A stretch of DNA of 64,000 bases from assembly GCF_001194135.2 (NCBI RefSeq), contig NC_068989.1:69896250-69960249 (forward strand), read 5' to 3'. This DNA is from Octopus bimaculoides (taxonomy: Eukaryota). Shown one piece after another: positions 12,306-25,784 of this stretch. A model generated the notes under the pieces. The model did no database searches and had not been told where the DNA came from. It was given only the letters and a program-made list of their open reading frames with translations. Both the position numbers and the translations under genes were made by a program. How positions within the stretch are numbered: the stretch's first letter is position 1; the number at the start of each line of letters is the position of its first letter.

Positions 12306-13534
12306 GTATGTATCAATATCTTAATACGCATCTTTTATACAACTCTAGTACCTTACAGCTTCATCATCATCATCATTTCATCATCTCATTAATATGGATG
12401 ACTGACTGCATCGAGTTTCCTTGATTGTAACAATGCAAAGTAAATTTGAATTTGCAGTCCTTCTTTTTTTCCAATACAGTTCTCTGTTTCACATATTACA
12501 GCTCCTTTTTGTTTATTAATTCACTCCTCATTTTAAACAGTGTCATCATTTTGTCAAGTATTTATCTAACCTATTAATGTTGTTGCTTTTTAGTGTAGTA
12601 CTTCGTGGTTATATATTCCTTTTTAATCTAGGACTTCATGTTCATACACTTCTTTTTAGCATTGGTCATATACTCCTTTTCTTCTAATCTAGTTTAACAA
12701 AATAAATGCTGTTGTTTTACATTTTGAGCAGGAACACATACTCAAGTTTTGCACCTTATTATTAGCTAGCTTAATATATCTGTGATATGTTCCACTGTAC
12801 ATATAGATATTAGTAATCTCATCTAACTCTTCAATATAAAGCATTAAAACCATAAAACTCACATAATGCTGCAAAAATTTGTCTTTGTAGGTAAATATTT
12901 CAATGTATATATTTCTAGTTCTCAAAAATTCATGATTTCGTGAATATAAATAAACCATTATGTTTAAAATACTAACTGGGAAATTTAAAAGAGATTTGAT
13001 TAGCAAAGATTGATTGTCTGAGATCTGATACACAGAAGACAGATTAATAAGGTAACAGTTATCAATACAAAAGAAATGTGGTCTAAAGCTTGTGGTATGT
13101 CTTCCATTTGAATTTAATGCAGGTAGTGACATGGCTGTGTGGTTAAGAAGTTTATTACCCACCAACATGGTTTCTGATTCTATCTAACCCATGCAAGTAT
13201 GAAAAAGTGGTTGTTAAAACAATGATGATGATGATAATAATAATAATCCTTTCTACTAAAGGCACAATGTATGTGTCTTGCTTGTTTTCTGGTAAGCTGC
13301 AATTCAGTGTGGTGGAGATGACTCCATCAAAGCACTGATGTTAAAACACCTGAATGTCATAGACCGGCAAGACAACTCACCCCAAATCCTATTCAGAAGT
13401 GATGGACATCAATGTTTTGCCATTTTTGTAGCTTATCAACATCACATACCTGAATTGAACTGGAGGCAAACTGAATCACCAATCCATGACTATATACAAG
13501 TAGTGTAAAAACCATGGTTCTAATTCATATTTCA

Positions 13535-13565
<31 letters not shown>

Positions 13566-13859
13566 NNNNNNNNNNNNNNNNNNNNNNNNNNNNNNNNNNN
13601 NNNNNNNNNNNNNNNNNNNNNNNNNNNNNNNNNNNNNNNNNNNNNNNNNNNNNNNNNNNNNNNNNNNNNNNNNNNNNNNNNNNNNNNNNNNNNNNNNNNN
13701 NNNNNNNNNNNNNNNNNNNNNNNNNNNNNNNNNNNNNNNNNNNNNNNNNNNNNNNNNNNNNNNNNNNNNNNNNNNNNNNNNNNNNNNNNNNNNNNNNNNN
13801 NNNNNNNNNNNNNNNNNNNNNNNNNNNNNNNNNNNNNNNNNNNNNNNNNNNNNNNNNNN

Positions 13860-13901
<42 letters not shown>

Positions 13902-16300
13902 AATATATAGGAATACCAAATAGTATGAGATATAGGAAGTGATGGGAAAGTAGAATGCTAGACCAGATGAGTTCTTGACCAGCTGTTTTGGGCTTGAATT
14001 GGTATTGGCTTTACTTTTGAACTCCCTAAAAATTTTCTAAAATATGTACCAGTAATATTGTCAGCGATTCAGTCAACTAGATTTACTTACAAAATGACGT
14101 TTTTGTGCATTAACCAAAGTAAATTTTCACCTAATAGAATGATTTAAATTAAAAAAAAAAAGATCTCCAATGATAAATGATTCTCTGTAGCATAATTATA
14201 TCTTTTGGGTAAAGAAAAAAAAAACTTCTGAAAAAGAAATACATAACCATTTTCTATAATGTAGCAAAAAAGAAAAAAGGGAAAAAACTAATTTCTCATG
14301 TAATCCAACTGTCAAAACAATATCTGGATCATTTCTTTAGAGAATTAATGTAAAAAACATCCGTTTTCTTTTCTCGTTTAACCAACGACAAGCAAACAGA
14401 ATGTCTAATAATTTATGTAAAATCAACAGATATGCTTCAATTGATTTCCTATAATAAGTTTTTTCTTCCTTTATATAATAGAAGTTTCTTTCAGTCATTT
14501 TAGATGTGAAGGAGAACTTGCCTTTTTCCATTACATAGTGTGTAGGAAGGATCATAATTTGAATATGTAACAATAGTTCTTTTGCAGTAGTATTCCTACC
14601 ATTTTTCTCTTCTTTTCTTTGTGAATTTTTTTAGCACATAGTTTTTTCCTTCTCTATTTTTTTCTTTTTCATTTTTTTTTTCGTCTCTAAAATGATTTAA
14701 CTTTATTTTATTTTCTCTAACTGCCTGCCAATAAGTAGAAATAATCTCACAGAAAGCCAAATATCTTTTCTTTTTTCCTCCCTACCCGATTTTGATTTCA
14801 AATTGTAATCATTTAATTATCACCTACATTCCTAATACATTTAAGAAAGGCATGAACATCAAGTGATCTTGTTTTCTCCCTTGCAATAAATTTAAGATTT
14901 AATAATGCCCAATGTGAACTAGAAAATCATTGATGCTTGTACAGAAATAAAACAAATAAACTGACTTATCTGCTACTGATCAATGAATCAAGGGGCGTAA
15001 CTCTCAATTGAAGTTAATTTTTGAAGTTCAGTTTTCCTGGTGTATAAATAAGAAATTTTTGGCATTCTTAGATTTAGTTTTGACCTTTAGGATTTTGGTG
15101 TAGGTACAAGTCTTGTATAGTTCAAGGTTTACTGTTTAAATGATCCTTCTCTTCCTTTTACTTAGTACTCCATTGTCCATAAAGATGCACTTAATTTCAA
15201 TTATATTAGCATGAATTTCCATGAGTAATGAAGATATTTCGTCCAAGCACAGTAGTGGTGTTATAAAAACACATTAAACCTAACCCTTTTCTATGTTGTT
15301 TACAAAAAAAGAACTGAAACGGCAACCAATGACATTTACCTCTGGAAATTTATCCCTACCTTCTCCAACTTATTCTGTGAAAGTGTGAAGTAGTCAATGT
15401 CTTTTTTTTTTTTCGTATATTTTGTTAGGGTCCAATCATGTATTTATTTTAACAAGCCATTTTTCCTAAGAGGTTCACTTTGCAAGCATACGTTTCTAAG
15501 TTCAATTTCACTACATGGCACCTTGAGCAAATGCCTTTTCCTTTAACCTCAAGTTGACTAGCATCTTTTGATTTGAATTTGGTAGACAATAAATGCAGAA
15601 GACTGGGGGTGGGGGCAAACAGCTACCTTTCGTTATACTAGCAAGAAGGATTCCAATTATAGCCTTTCAAAAACGAAATTTTGCCCTTTATGAAATTGGG
15701 ATTGATAAAGTTCTTACCACACTGAAATACATATTAGGGTCAGCTTAAGTCATTTACAATAGTACTCCAGCCTGTTTGTAGACCATTGATTGATTAATAA
15801 AATAGTGGAAGATGTGTGTATGTGTAATATATGGAAGCAGAGAAGACTGGAAAATATGAAATATGTATACATTCTGACTTGTGCCAATAGGTCAGTAACA
15901 TATATACGAGAGATATATAGCATATATATACCAGAGATATATACAAAGCCTTGCTGACAAAAAAAAATATCTTTGATGGTTGTATAAAAAGAGTAAATTC
16001 ACATGTATAAAAATTGACAGCAAACTTTTAAATATTTACAAAACTAATTTATGTTAAACCATATTCTAAACATGAAACTAGTATATTAATTGTAACCATA
16101 TTTTAATAATTTTATTTCTAATTACTTCAGAAAATTGTTTAGAAAATGTATGTATATAAATAAAAAGTTATGCACATAATTTTCATTTTTTTATAGTTTT
16201 CACATATGTATAAAATTTTTAGAGGATTAGTTTTTCTTAATATGTTAAAAGGTGTATCCGTATTAAGCAGATTTCTTTTATTATTCTTTTTAAATAAAGT

Positions 16301-16340
<40 letters not shown>

Positions 16341-16524
16341 TGTATTTGCTTATGTGTTTAAGAGCATAAATAAACAAGTACATACACATTATCAATCAGA
16401 CAGACATGCACAAATATATGTAGCATTTGCTTATGTATTTAAGAATCTGTGGAGGAGTATAACCTTGTGAAGGTGTATGATCTTGTACTCATGATCATAA
16501 GATCATAGTTTCAATTCCTGCTTA

Positions 16525-16769
16525 TTGTCTAAATCCCATATACTGCATTAATATTGCTCGCACTTTCCATTGCGTTGTTGCCTTTATTGAACTCATAAAG
16601 CAAAATAGGCCAAATATGCTCCTTTGTCACTTCCATTATCGGTTTGAAAAAATAACTGTTAAAATCGAACTGCACTCTTTAAAACTTGCACTAAGAATAA
16701 GGGTTATGGCTGGTCATAGAGTAACCATTGGTTTCACACCTATAAAGCACTTAGTAATATTGGCGACTA
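16525..16769 (-). mobile_element. Mariner 5' fragment (second family)
   Basis: The minus strand reads MEVTKEHIWPILLYEFNKGNNAMES.. plus about 135 bp of leader; homologous to 43820-44078. Confidence 0.75.
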
Positions 16770-16899
16770 ATGTATGTGTGTGTGTACATTTCCCTAATAC
16801 TATATATTAATATATTTTATACTGTGAAGCTTAATTTAATTTTAATTTTTAATAAATTGATTTTAATTGAGTTTTTACCTGTAATTTTGGATTTTATCC

Positions 16900-16976
<77 letters not shown>

Positions 16977-17892
16977 GTATGTACGTACGTATGGTAGGCT
17001 GGAGAGGAATACATTTAAATATCAATTCATAAAAACTAGGCAATAAAATTTTTCATTCATTACACACTGTTAACACTGAATAGTTTTATTCCAATAGTGT
17101 GCACACATTAAGGATAGTAACGTATGTGTGGACAGACAGAAATTAAACTTCATCTCTAAAATTCTAATAATAATAATAATACAGCAACAAATAATAATGA
17201 TAATAATTTCCTTATTTTTCCCCATTCTGGCATGGATTGGATAATTGATCCAACCAAAATTTTCTCCAGCAGTTCCACCCCACCTTTTTAATATGATATA
17301 TTAGTTTTCCTCCTTGCAAAACCATAATTACAGATCAATATTAGTTTCTTCCTCTTCTCTGTCATCATTGTTGTCATCGTCGTCATCACCATCATCATCA
17401 TCATCTCTTTTGTTGCATAATACTCTGAATCACTCTTTTATGTTATGCAATCTGCCTGTTTCCTTTTTTAATTCTAATTTTTATTTCATTTATATTAAAA
17501 ATATAGCATCGCATAAAAGAGATCCTTATTTCATAATGGAATTTTTATTTTTTTCTGTGTTCTTATGTCTGGTGTTAATAAAAGCTTCAGTAAACATGAA
17601 AGTTAAACTTTTCATGATAAATTCCTGTAGTCTTTTTATAGAACATTAACTTCTAAGAAGAGATAACCTTGAAATTTTGATAGAATTTATCAGAGAAACT
17701 AATTTCCATACATACATACATATGAGATGGAGAGACAGCCATGTAGTTAAGAAGTTTGTTTCTCAACTGCATGGTTTCAGGTTCAGTCTCACTTAGGCAG
17801 CACTTTGGGTATGACATCTGTCATAGCCTCTATTGAACTAAAGCCTTGAAAATGTATCTACTTGATGGAAGCTGAAAGAAACCCACCATATA

Positions 17893-17946
17893 TCTATATA
17901 TATAAAAATGAGAATGTGTGTCTGTCGGTCTGTTTTTCTGTCTGTT

Positions 17947-17977
<31 letters not shown>

Positions 17978-18235
17978 GTGAATCCCTAAAACTCGAGAAC
18001 TACGCAACCAATTTCATTCAAATTTTACACATGCCTTACTTAGGGTTCCAGTTGTGTTTTAGTCAAAAAAAAATATTAACTTCTTGCAGAGTTCGAGCAC
18101 ACGGCAACATAATATCTCCTCCACTATTTAAGTATTACGTGTCAAAAGTGAAACAAAAACACTCATGTCAAATACTTTCACTTAAAAAATGAAACTATTC
18201 CACTAACTGAAACAATCACATTTCGATACTGTAGT
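17893..18235 (+). mobile_element. Non-autonomous Helitron 5' part with a (TCTG)n tract
   Basis: A|TCTATATATATAAAAATG start followed by a (tctg)n microsatellite; runs toward an N-gap. Confidence 0.6.
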
Positions 18236-19136
18236 GACAGATACTTTCACAGAGAGAGAAAGAGAGAGAGAGAGAGATGTATATGTATACATATACATGT
18301 ATATGTACACCATTTCNNNNNNNNNNNNNNNNNNNNNNNNNNNNNNNNNNNNNNNNNNNNNNNNNNNNNNNNNNNNNNNNNNNNNNNNNNNNNNNNNNNN
18401 NNNNNNNNNNNNNNNNNNNNNNNNNNNNNNNNNNNNNNNNNNNNNNNNNNNNNNNNNNNNNNNNNNNNNNNNNNNNNNNNNNNNNNNNNNNNNNNNNNNN
18501 NNNNNNNNNNNNNNNNNNNNNNNNNNNNNNNNNNNNNNNNNNNNNNNNNNNNNNNNNNNNNNNNNNNNNNNNNNNNNNNNNNNNNNNNNNNNNNNNNNNN
18601 NNNNNNNNNNNNNNNNNNNNNNNNNNNNNNNNNNNNNNNNNNNNNNNNNNNNNNNNNNNNNNNNNNNNNNNNNNNNNNNNNNNNNNNNNNNNNNNNNNNN
18701 NNNNNNNNNNNNNNNNNNNNNNNNNNNNNNNNNNNNNNNNNNNNNNNNNNNNNNNNNNNNNNNNNNNNNNNNNNNNNNNNNNNNNNNNNNNNNNNNNNNN
18801 NNNNNNNNNNNNNNNNNNNNNNNNNNNNNNNNNNNNNNNNNNNNNNNNNNNNNNNNNNNNNNNNNNNNNNNNNNNNNNNNNNNNNNNNNNNNNNNNNNNN
18901 NNNNNNNNNNNNNNNNNNNNNNNNNNNNNNNNNNNNNNNNNNNNNNNNNNNNNNNNNNNNNNNNNNNNNNNNNNNNNNNNNNNNNNNNNNNNNNNNNNNN
19001 NNNNNGGTGTTATAATCACAACAGCAAGAAAGTATGTACATGATCACCTTCTTTTACGAAACTTCATTGACTTTCATATATTTATATTGATATACATATA
19101 TATACGTGTGTTTGGGTGCGTGTGTGTATATACACC

Positions 19137-19225
19137 TCTATATATAAAGATGATGCGTAGTCTAGACGGCGTTTTTAGATTTCATTATTCTCTTTAACCC
19201 GGGCAACGCCGGGTATTTCTGCTAG
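19137..19225 (+). mobile_element. Mini-Helitron or Helitron 3' end
   Basis: TCTATATATAAAG...ACCCGGGCAACGCCGGGT hairpin, then TTTCTG-CTAG|T. A second 3'-end fragment lies at about 27395-27419. Confidence 0.7.
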
Positions 19226-19280
<55 letters not shown>

Positions 19281-19646
19281 GTATGTGCAGTTGTGTATAT
19301 TTTGAAATATCAGCTCATGAAATTTTGATGGAAGGTTTTAATTTAGTTTACTTTAAAACAGGTTGTTTGTGTCATAGAACAAGAGGCAGTCTTAAGTAGA
19401 TTGGTATCAAAAGTGTTAAAGTTTTCCATGATTTTGTGGAAATTATACCCAAGCAAAACTAATATGATAACTTCTACATAAGCCATTAGAACTGAACACT
19501 GTAAAATCCAAAGCACTTTCAAATATATCTCTTTAATGTCTCTGAAAGAAAATCCCATATGCAAAGAACAGTTTTATACCTTGACCACAGCTAGCAATAT
19601 ATGTATTTCTTTTTATAATGAATGTGTTCCTTTTTTTCTGTTGCAG

Positions 19647-19710
19647 ATTACAGTTTTCAGATTAGGAGAGGCAGACATGGATTTAGCTATTTTGACTGCA
19701 TTATTAAAGG
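19647..19710 (+). CDS. TRPM3: TRPM coding exon C
   Basis: [21 protein letters not shown](G/D/A) resembles '[25 protein letters not shown]'. Acceptor tttttttctgttgcag| (phase 0), donor AGG|gtatgt (phase 1). Confidence 0.95.
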
Positions 19711-20004
19711 GTATGTTGACACTTCTTTCCTTTCATACTTACTTGTTTTGTTTTAGTTGTGTTGTCTTTTTCTGTGGCGGGGAGGACAGCATCTCCTCTT
19801 CTCTCAGAGACAATTTGGTTGCATTGAGTTCTTTGTTGTTGACAATTTCTTTATTTCTTTTGAATGTCTTTCTGACCAATGGAGATTTCATAACTATTTC
19901 ATATTGTTGTTGCTGTTGTTATTGCAGTCTTTTGTTTCATATCTTCTAAGTAAAAGTTTTATTTGTTTTGTAATAATTTAGATTTTTTATATTTGATGTA
20001 ATTA

Positions 20005-20240
20005 GTTATATATTATATAATCATATATTATAATCATATATTATATAATCATATAATATATGTATCTGATATAGTTTATATATTATCATAATTACATAGT
20101 TTATAATATATTACTATATGATATAATTTATATATTATCATAGTTATATAGTTTATAATATACTACTATATGATATAATTTATATGTTATTATTGTGTCA
20201 TATAATTTGTTATATATCATTATAATACTGCGATAAATTT
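20005..20240. repeat. AT-rich low-complexity tandem array
   Basis: (atcatatattata)n degrading into tata/tcata variants. Confidence 0.7.
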
Positions 20241-20734
20241 CTTGTGTATTATTTGATATAAAACTATGTTCAAAACTGTTAAAAGATGGACTAGTCAGTT
20301 AGAAGTTAATTTTTCCAGTAATTTTAATCATGAATGTAGAAATGAAGTGAGTGTATATGCATGTGTGTGTATGTGTGTGTGTGTGTGTGCATGCATGCAT
20401 GCATGTGCACTAACCAAGCATTTTAGAAATTATTATTATCTTTAAGCCAGCAAGCTGGCACAATCGTTTGCACACCAGATGAAATGCTGCTAAGCATTCT
20501 GAGTTCAAACTCTGCCATGGTCAACTTTACCTTTCATCCTTTCAGGGTCAATAAAATAAGTACCAGTCAGGCACTGGGGTCAATAAAATCAACTTACCCA
20601 CTTTCTCCAAAATTGCTGGCCTTGTGTCAGAATTTGAAACCATCATTAATTTGAAGATGTCAAGCTGGCAGAATCATTAGAACCTAAGAAAAAGCACTTT
20701 GTAGTGTTATTTCTGGCTCTTTACATTTTGATTT

Positions 20735-21060
20735 TAGATTTTAGTATTTTGTCAGATTGTGATACTCCTAGATACTTATAACTCTCTCCTTCTTTCAATG
20801 ATTTTAATGTTTGGCCATCTGGTAATTGTATGCCTTCACTGTTAACTACCTGTCCCCTTCTCATGACTAATATTGCACACTTATCTATGCCAAATTCCAT
20901 GCCTATGTCTTTGCTGAAGAGTCTTACAGTCTGTATTAAGGATTCTATCTCTTTTTTTTTCATTCTTACTAAAAAGCTTCATATATATCATCCATGTAGA
21001 GCAAATGGTTAATTTTTCTCTTACTATTTCTGAACTGATACCCTGCCTTTACTAAACAGA
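20735..21060 (-). mobile_element. Non-LTR retrotransposon RT fragment (R4/Dong-like)
   Basis: The minus strand reads KINHLLYMDD (frameshift) MKLFSKNEKK / EIESLIQTVRLFSKDIGMEFGIDKCAILVMRRGQVV...ESYKYLG, showing the YxDD and KYLG RT motifs. Confidence 0.85.
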
Positions 21061-24000
21061 AGGGGATCAAACATTGGTGAGCTGGGCAGACGAAATACCG
21101 TTAAGCATTTCGCCTGGCATGCTAACGTTTCTGCCAGCTCGCCGCCTGATGTGCTAACAGTTCTGTAATAAGGTAGAGAAGAGGCAGGGAATCTCCTTAT
21201 TCAAAAATAACTGAATAGTTGAAGATTTTGCTTCAGAGTGACATGAAATGGCCTATGGTTCAATAAAATCTATTATATTAAAGTGCTAATGATAGGTTTC
21301 TGTGGTGATAAACAATCTATCATGTTAACCTGTCATGCTGTGCAAAGGGGATGGTAAAAGTATGTGTGAAAGAGAGAGAGATTCCAATTAATGCTACTGG
21401 CATACACTCACTCACACCTCTCTATATATATCTATCTAACTAGCTGTCTGTCTATGTATCTGTCTTCTGTTACATTGGTTTCAAATTTTGGCACAAGACC
21501 AGCAATTTTGAGGTAGGCAGCAAGTCGATTACATCGACCTCAGTGCTCAACTGATACTTATTTTATCAACCCCAAAAGATTGAAAGGCCAAGTTGACCTT
21601 GGCAGAATTATCTTCTATTATATTAAAGCGTTAATGGATAACAGTGTGTGCATGATGGAGAAGGAGAAATAGAGAGAGAGAGTAAAATAAATGTCACTGG
21701 CTCATCCACACACTCACACACATACAAACACTAGGTGCTTGTTTCTAATTAAACCATGGAGTATCCAAGGGTCAACTGGTTATATGTGATAACATTAGCA
21801 TGAGCCTCAAAATTTAAACACAGTCCTGTTGTTATTTGTTTTTCTTCTTTTTTTTATGAGTTGCTTCTAAAGGTAGATGTTCCTCCTTATATTAGCCATT
21901 CGATATTTGGATTTAACTGAACTGAATTATCATCTTATTTTCTGCTCAATTTAAATAGGAATTGATCTATTGTTCCTGACAAATTTACTTACTGGAAACA
22001 ATATTGACTGCGTAGAAATTCATATGCCGACCTACAGCAGCCGACTTCCACAGTGCAGTACCCAGTTTGCGATTAATCAAGCACCCATATTTATTGGCAG
22101 TTTTAGAAGATTAATCATTAAAATTACAATTGATTGGATTAAGGACAGTGATGTAAAATCAGTAATGGAATTTGAGTTACTTTTTAGATTTATGAAATAT
22201 ATTTGATTTATGAAAAAAAATTTTTACATAACATTGTTTTTGGATCAATATTGATAATTCACAAAACAACTGTGTGTGTATGCCCTTGTTTTTGTGGAAC
22301 AATTGTTAAAACCAAAACATACATACATACATATATATAAATGATGATGCTGATATAATTCAGTATATATCGATATAATTATATATGAGGATGATATGTT
22401 TGTCTCTCTACACATGGACATTATCATTTTCATCTTTTAAACTTCATGTTCCATGATAGTATGAGTTGCATAGTTTGACAGGATTTCATGGGTCTGAGGA
22501 CTCTACCGTTTGTGCTCCACCGTTTGCGTTGGTATGGTTTCTACTGTTGGATACCCTTCCTAATATTTCACATAGTGTACTGAATGCTTTTTTCATGGTA
22601 CCAGCACTGGTGAGGTTACCATAAAGCTTGCATGACTATAAGTCTCAAAAGAGGCAGCTTTATACTAAGAGATGAAAGGTTGAATTATAAGAGAAGGGAC
22701 CTGAGCAGAACAGGTTTATTAATGCTAAGGAGTTGTATAAAGAAAGAATAGAAGTAACCAGGTGGGAAGAGAATGAAAGAAAGTGGGGACACAGATATGG
22801 CCATGGGATAAAGTTCACTTCCCAGTTTAATGGTCTTGTGTTCAGTCCTATAGCATGGCATTTTAGACAAACATCTACTAAAGCCCTATTTTGTACAAAG
22901 TCTTGTGAATTGAGTTGGTAAACAGAAACTGAATGAATATGTGTGTGTGTGTGTGTTTGTATGCTTCTACTTCCTTGTCTTGACAACACACGATGGTTGT
23001 ATACGATTGTCACCATCATGTAAATGGTGTTATTTGTGTCCAGTCTTCTATGAAAGTATGTCTGGTCATGTGGAAATATTACCTTTCTTAGAAACAAGTG
23101 ACGTTTGGCAACTAGAAGGGCAACCGACCATAGACAACTACCTCCACAAATTCTCTTTGAACTGTGCCAGCATGGAAAAGTGGACATTCAGTGATGATGA
23201 TGATGATGATGTGTGTGTGTGTATAAAATACACACACACAGTGAAAGAGAGAGATGAGTAGATAGATAGGTAGGTATAAAATGCTTGAAGCACCTATACG
23301 AAAAGGAAATGTTAGTTTAAAAGAAAAGTGGGTAGGTAAAGCAGAAAAGTGTAGTCATTCATGTTGTAGAACTATGAGTCATTAGAATAACGATGGCAAT
23401 GCTGTGTATAGTTTTAACAAGAATTGCCTCTGGTTGTCTTTTCATTCATTTTGAATGACATGTTCTTATGGTCACTTAAGTAACAACATTAAATGGAATG
23501 GAAGAAAAGAAGGAATGGTCACAGGTACTTAAAGCCATGCAATAATAGAAAAGAAAGATAGGAACATCATAAGTGACTGAAGTGTTAATATAGATTTCTG
23601 ACAAAGCAAATCAAAAGAAACGCATTATTGAATTAATAGTGTCTGTCTTAGGTACAGGAATTTGTTTTTTTAAAAGAAATGTACTGTGTCTGAATTTCAT
23701 CATCATCATCATCCACTTTTCTATGCTTGCATAAGTGGGATACAATTGGCTGAGATAAATTTTCTATGACCAAATACTCTTTTTATCACCAACCCTCACT
23801 TTTTTAAAGAAAGGTAATGTTTCCCCATGGCCAGACAATGTTTTCACAGAAAATTGGAAATGAATGACACTACTTATATGACAGTGACACTTGTTTACAA
23901 CTATCACATGATGTCAAGGCAAAGAAACACACTCACGATGGGCTTCCTTCAGTTTCTGTCTACCAGATCCACTTACAGGACTTTGGTACACCCTGGAAGT

Positions 24001-25262
24001 ATACTAGAAGATACTTATTTATGCCAGGTGTCACACAGTGGGACTGAACCCAAAACCATGTGGTAGGGAAGCAAACTTGCCAGCTACATATGGTTTTTAT
24101 TAGCTTCCTAGGGGTGTGATATGAAATTGACCTCAGAAAGGTGTGAATTCCATCAGTCTTTATCTATCATGCCAAACATATTCTACACAGTGGTCAATAA
24201 TTCATTCTAAGTCAGGTATAAGGTGAGCAGTTTCAAGGAGATTAGATTAGTCTTAGTCACTTATATTAACCATTGTACATGACTGCTACTTTATTTTATT
24301 GACTCATGAGGAGTCGATAAAATTTTGCCATTCTCTGGAGAAAGGCAGAGTTGACTCCAGCATGATTTGAACTCAGAGTGTAGAGCTGAAACAAATAAAA
24401 AGCATTTTATCTGATCCAGGAAGAGTTAATAAATGTTGCCTTTGGTGGTGTTTGAACTCATAATGTAAAGCGCTGGAATAAATGCTACAAAGCATTTTAT
24501 CCATTCCTGTAACAATTCTGCCAATGCACTACAATTGCACATTGAAGTGTTGAGTAGGAACAGAGAAAACTTTTGAATGTTTCTTTGCTAAATATTTTAA
24601 AGAAATTCTTTCTTAATTTTATGTGGATGCTAAATATGGTCAAGAAATCTGTTTCCCTACTATGTGGTTTCTGGTTCTGTCCCACTTTATGGCATCTTGG
24701 GAAGTGTCTTCTACTATAACTCCAAGCTGATTTGATAGATGGAAATTGAGAGAAGCCCACCATGTATGTGTGTTTGTCTTTGTTTTGGCATTACATGATA
24801 GTTGTAAATGAGTCTCACTGTCATACAAGCAGTGTCATTCATTTCGAATCTTCCGCATAAACATGTTCTACCATGGAGAAACAGTGAAAGTTAATTCCTC
24901 AATATTTGGTTCAAGAGATAACAACTAAATGTCAAACATGTTTTGTTTTCTTTTTATTTCCTTTTTAAGGGCTTTCTTGCATAATAGATCTGACATTTCC
25001 GTATATCATGGAATTTTTACAATACTTAGGCTTTTTATTATGTTTATGTTAATCATGGGTAGAATTTTTTTTATTATTTGTTTTTAAAGAGACTATACTT
25101 GAGAAAAATCTCAATTTTAAATTTCAATTTTGTATTTTATAGTCTAGATATTCTTTGCTTTTTTGATGGCTTTCTTTTTTCTTTTTTAATATTTATTCCT
25201 CATGCAACTATACTAAATGAAATCTCCATTATAAATTTCAGTTCTGTATTCATGTGCTTTAA

Positions 25263-25594
25263 CCCTTTTCTTACCATATTTTTGTTGAAATAGACTGCCT
25301 TTGTTTCAATTAATTTTGAAAATAGTGAAAAATTTAGTAAAAATGACTTAGTCATTTTGTTTTGAAGTAATCATACATTATCTCAAAGCTTTGAGATTTT
25401 GATAATGTAACGGTTTGTTTTTAGATTGACATTGTAGGGTAGATGTGTGAGACTGCATCTGGCTAGTTTTAATTTAAAACAAGTAAAATATTTGGGCTGA
25501 ATATGGCCAGTTTAAATACTGAAGGATTGAAGATTAAACATGAAGTGTGTCTCATAGAACAGGACCAGTCTTAGACAGTTTGGTATCAAAAGGG
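25263..25594. mobile_element. Family E MITE with an internal family D fragment
   Basis: TTAA|CCCTTTT ... AAAAGGG|TTAA; the interior 25380-25530 matches family D. Confidence 0.7.
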
Positions 25595-25659
25595 TTAAAT
25601 ATTCTGTTTTATTGATTACTTTATTCTAGTTTATTTTTAATACTTTCTTTTAACAACAG

Positions 25660-25784
25660 CTGTGATAAGCTACCCTAGCAAAGATTCTGGAGCTAGTGCA
25701 CCTGATCAGCTTAGTCTCACCTTGACATGGGATCGTGTAGATATTGCCAGGAGCCATATTTTTGTTTATGGTCAGAACTGGCCG
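25660..25784 (+). CDS. TRPM3: TRPM coding exon D (alternative in-frame start at 25684 possible)
   Basis: (A)[41 protein letters not shown] resembles '[33 protein letters not shown]'. Acceptor tactttcttttaacaacag| (phase 1), donor CCG|gtgagt (phase 0). Confidence 0.93.
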
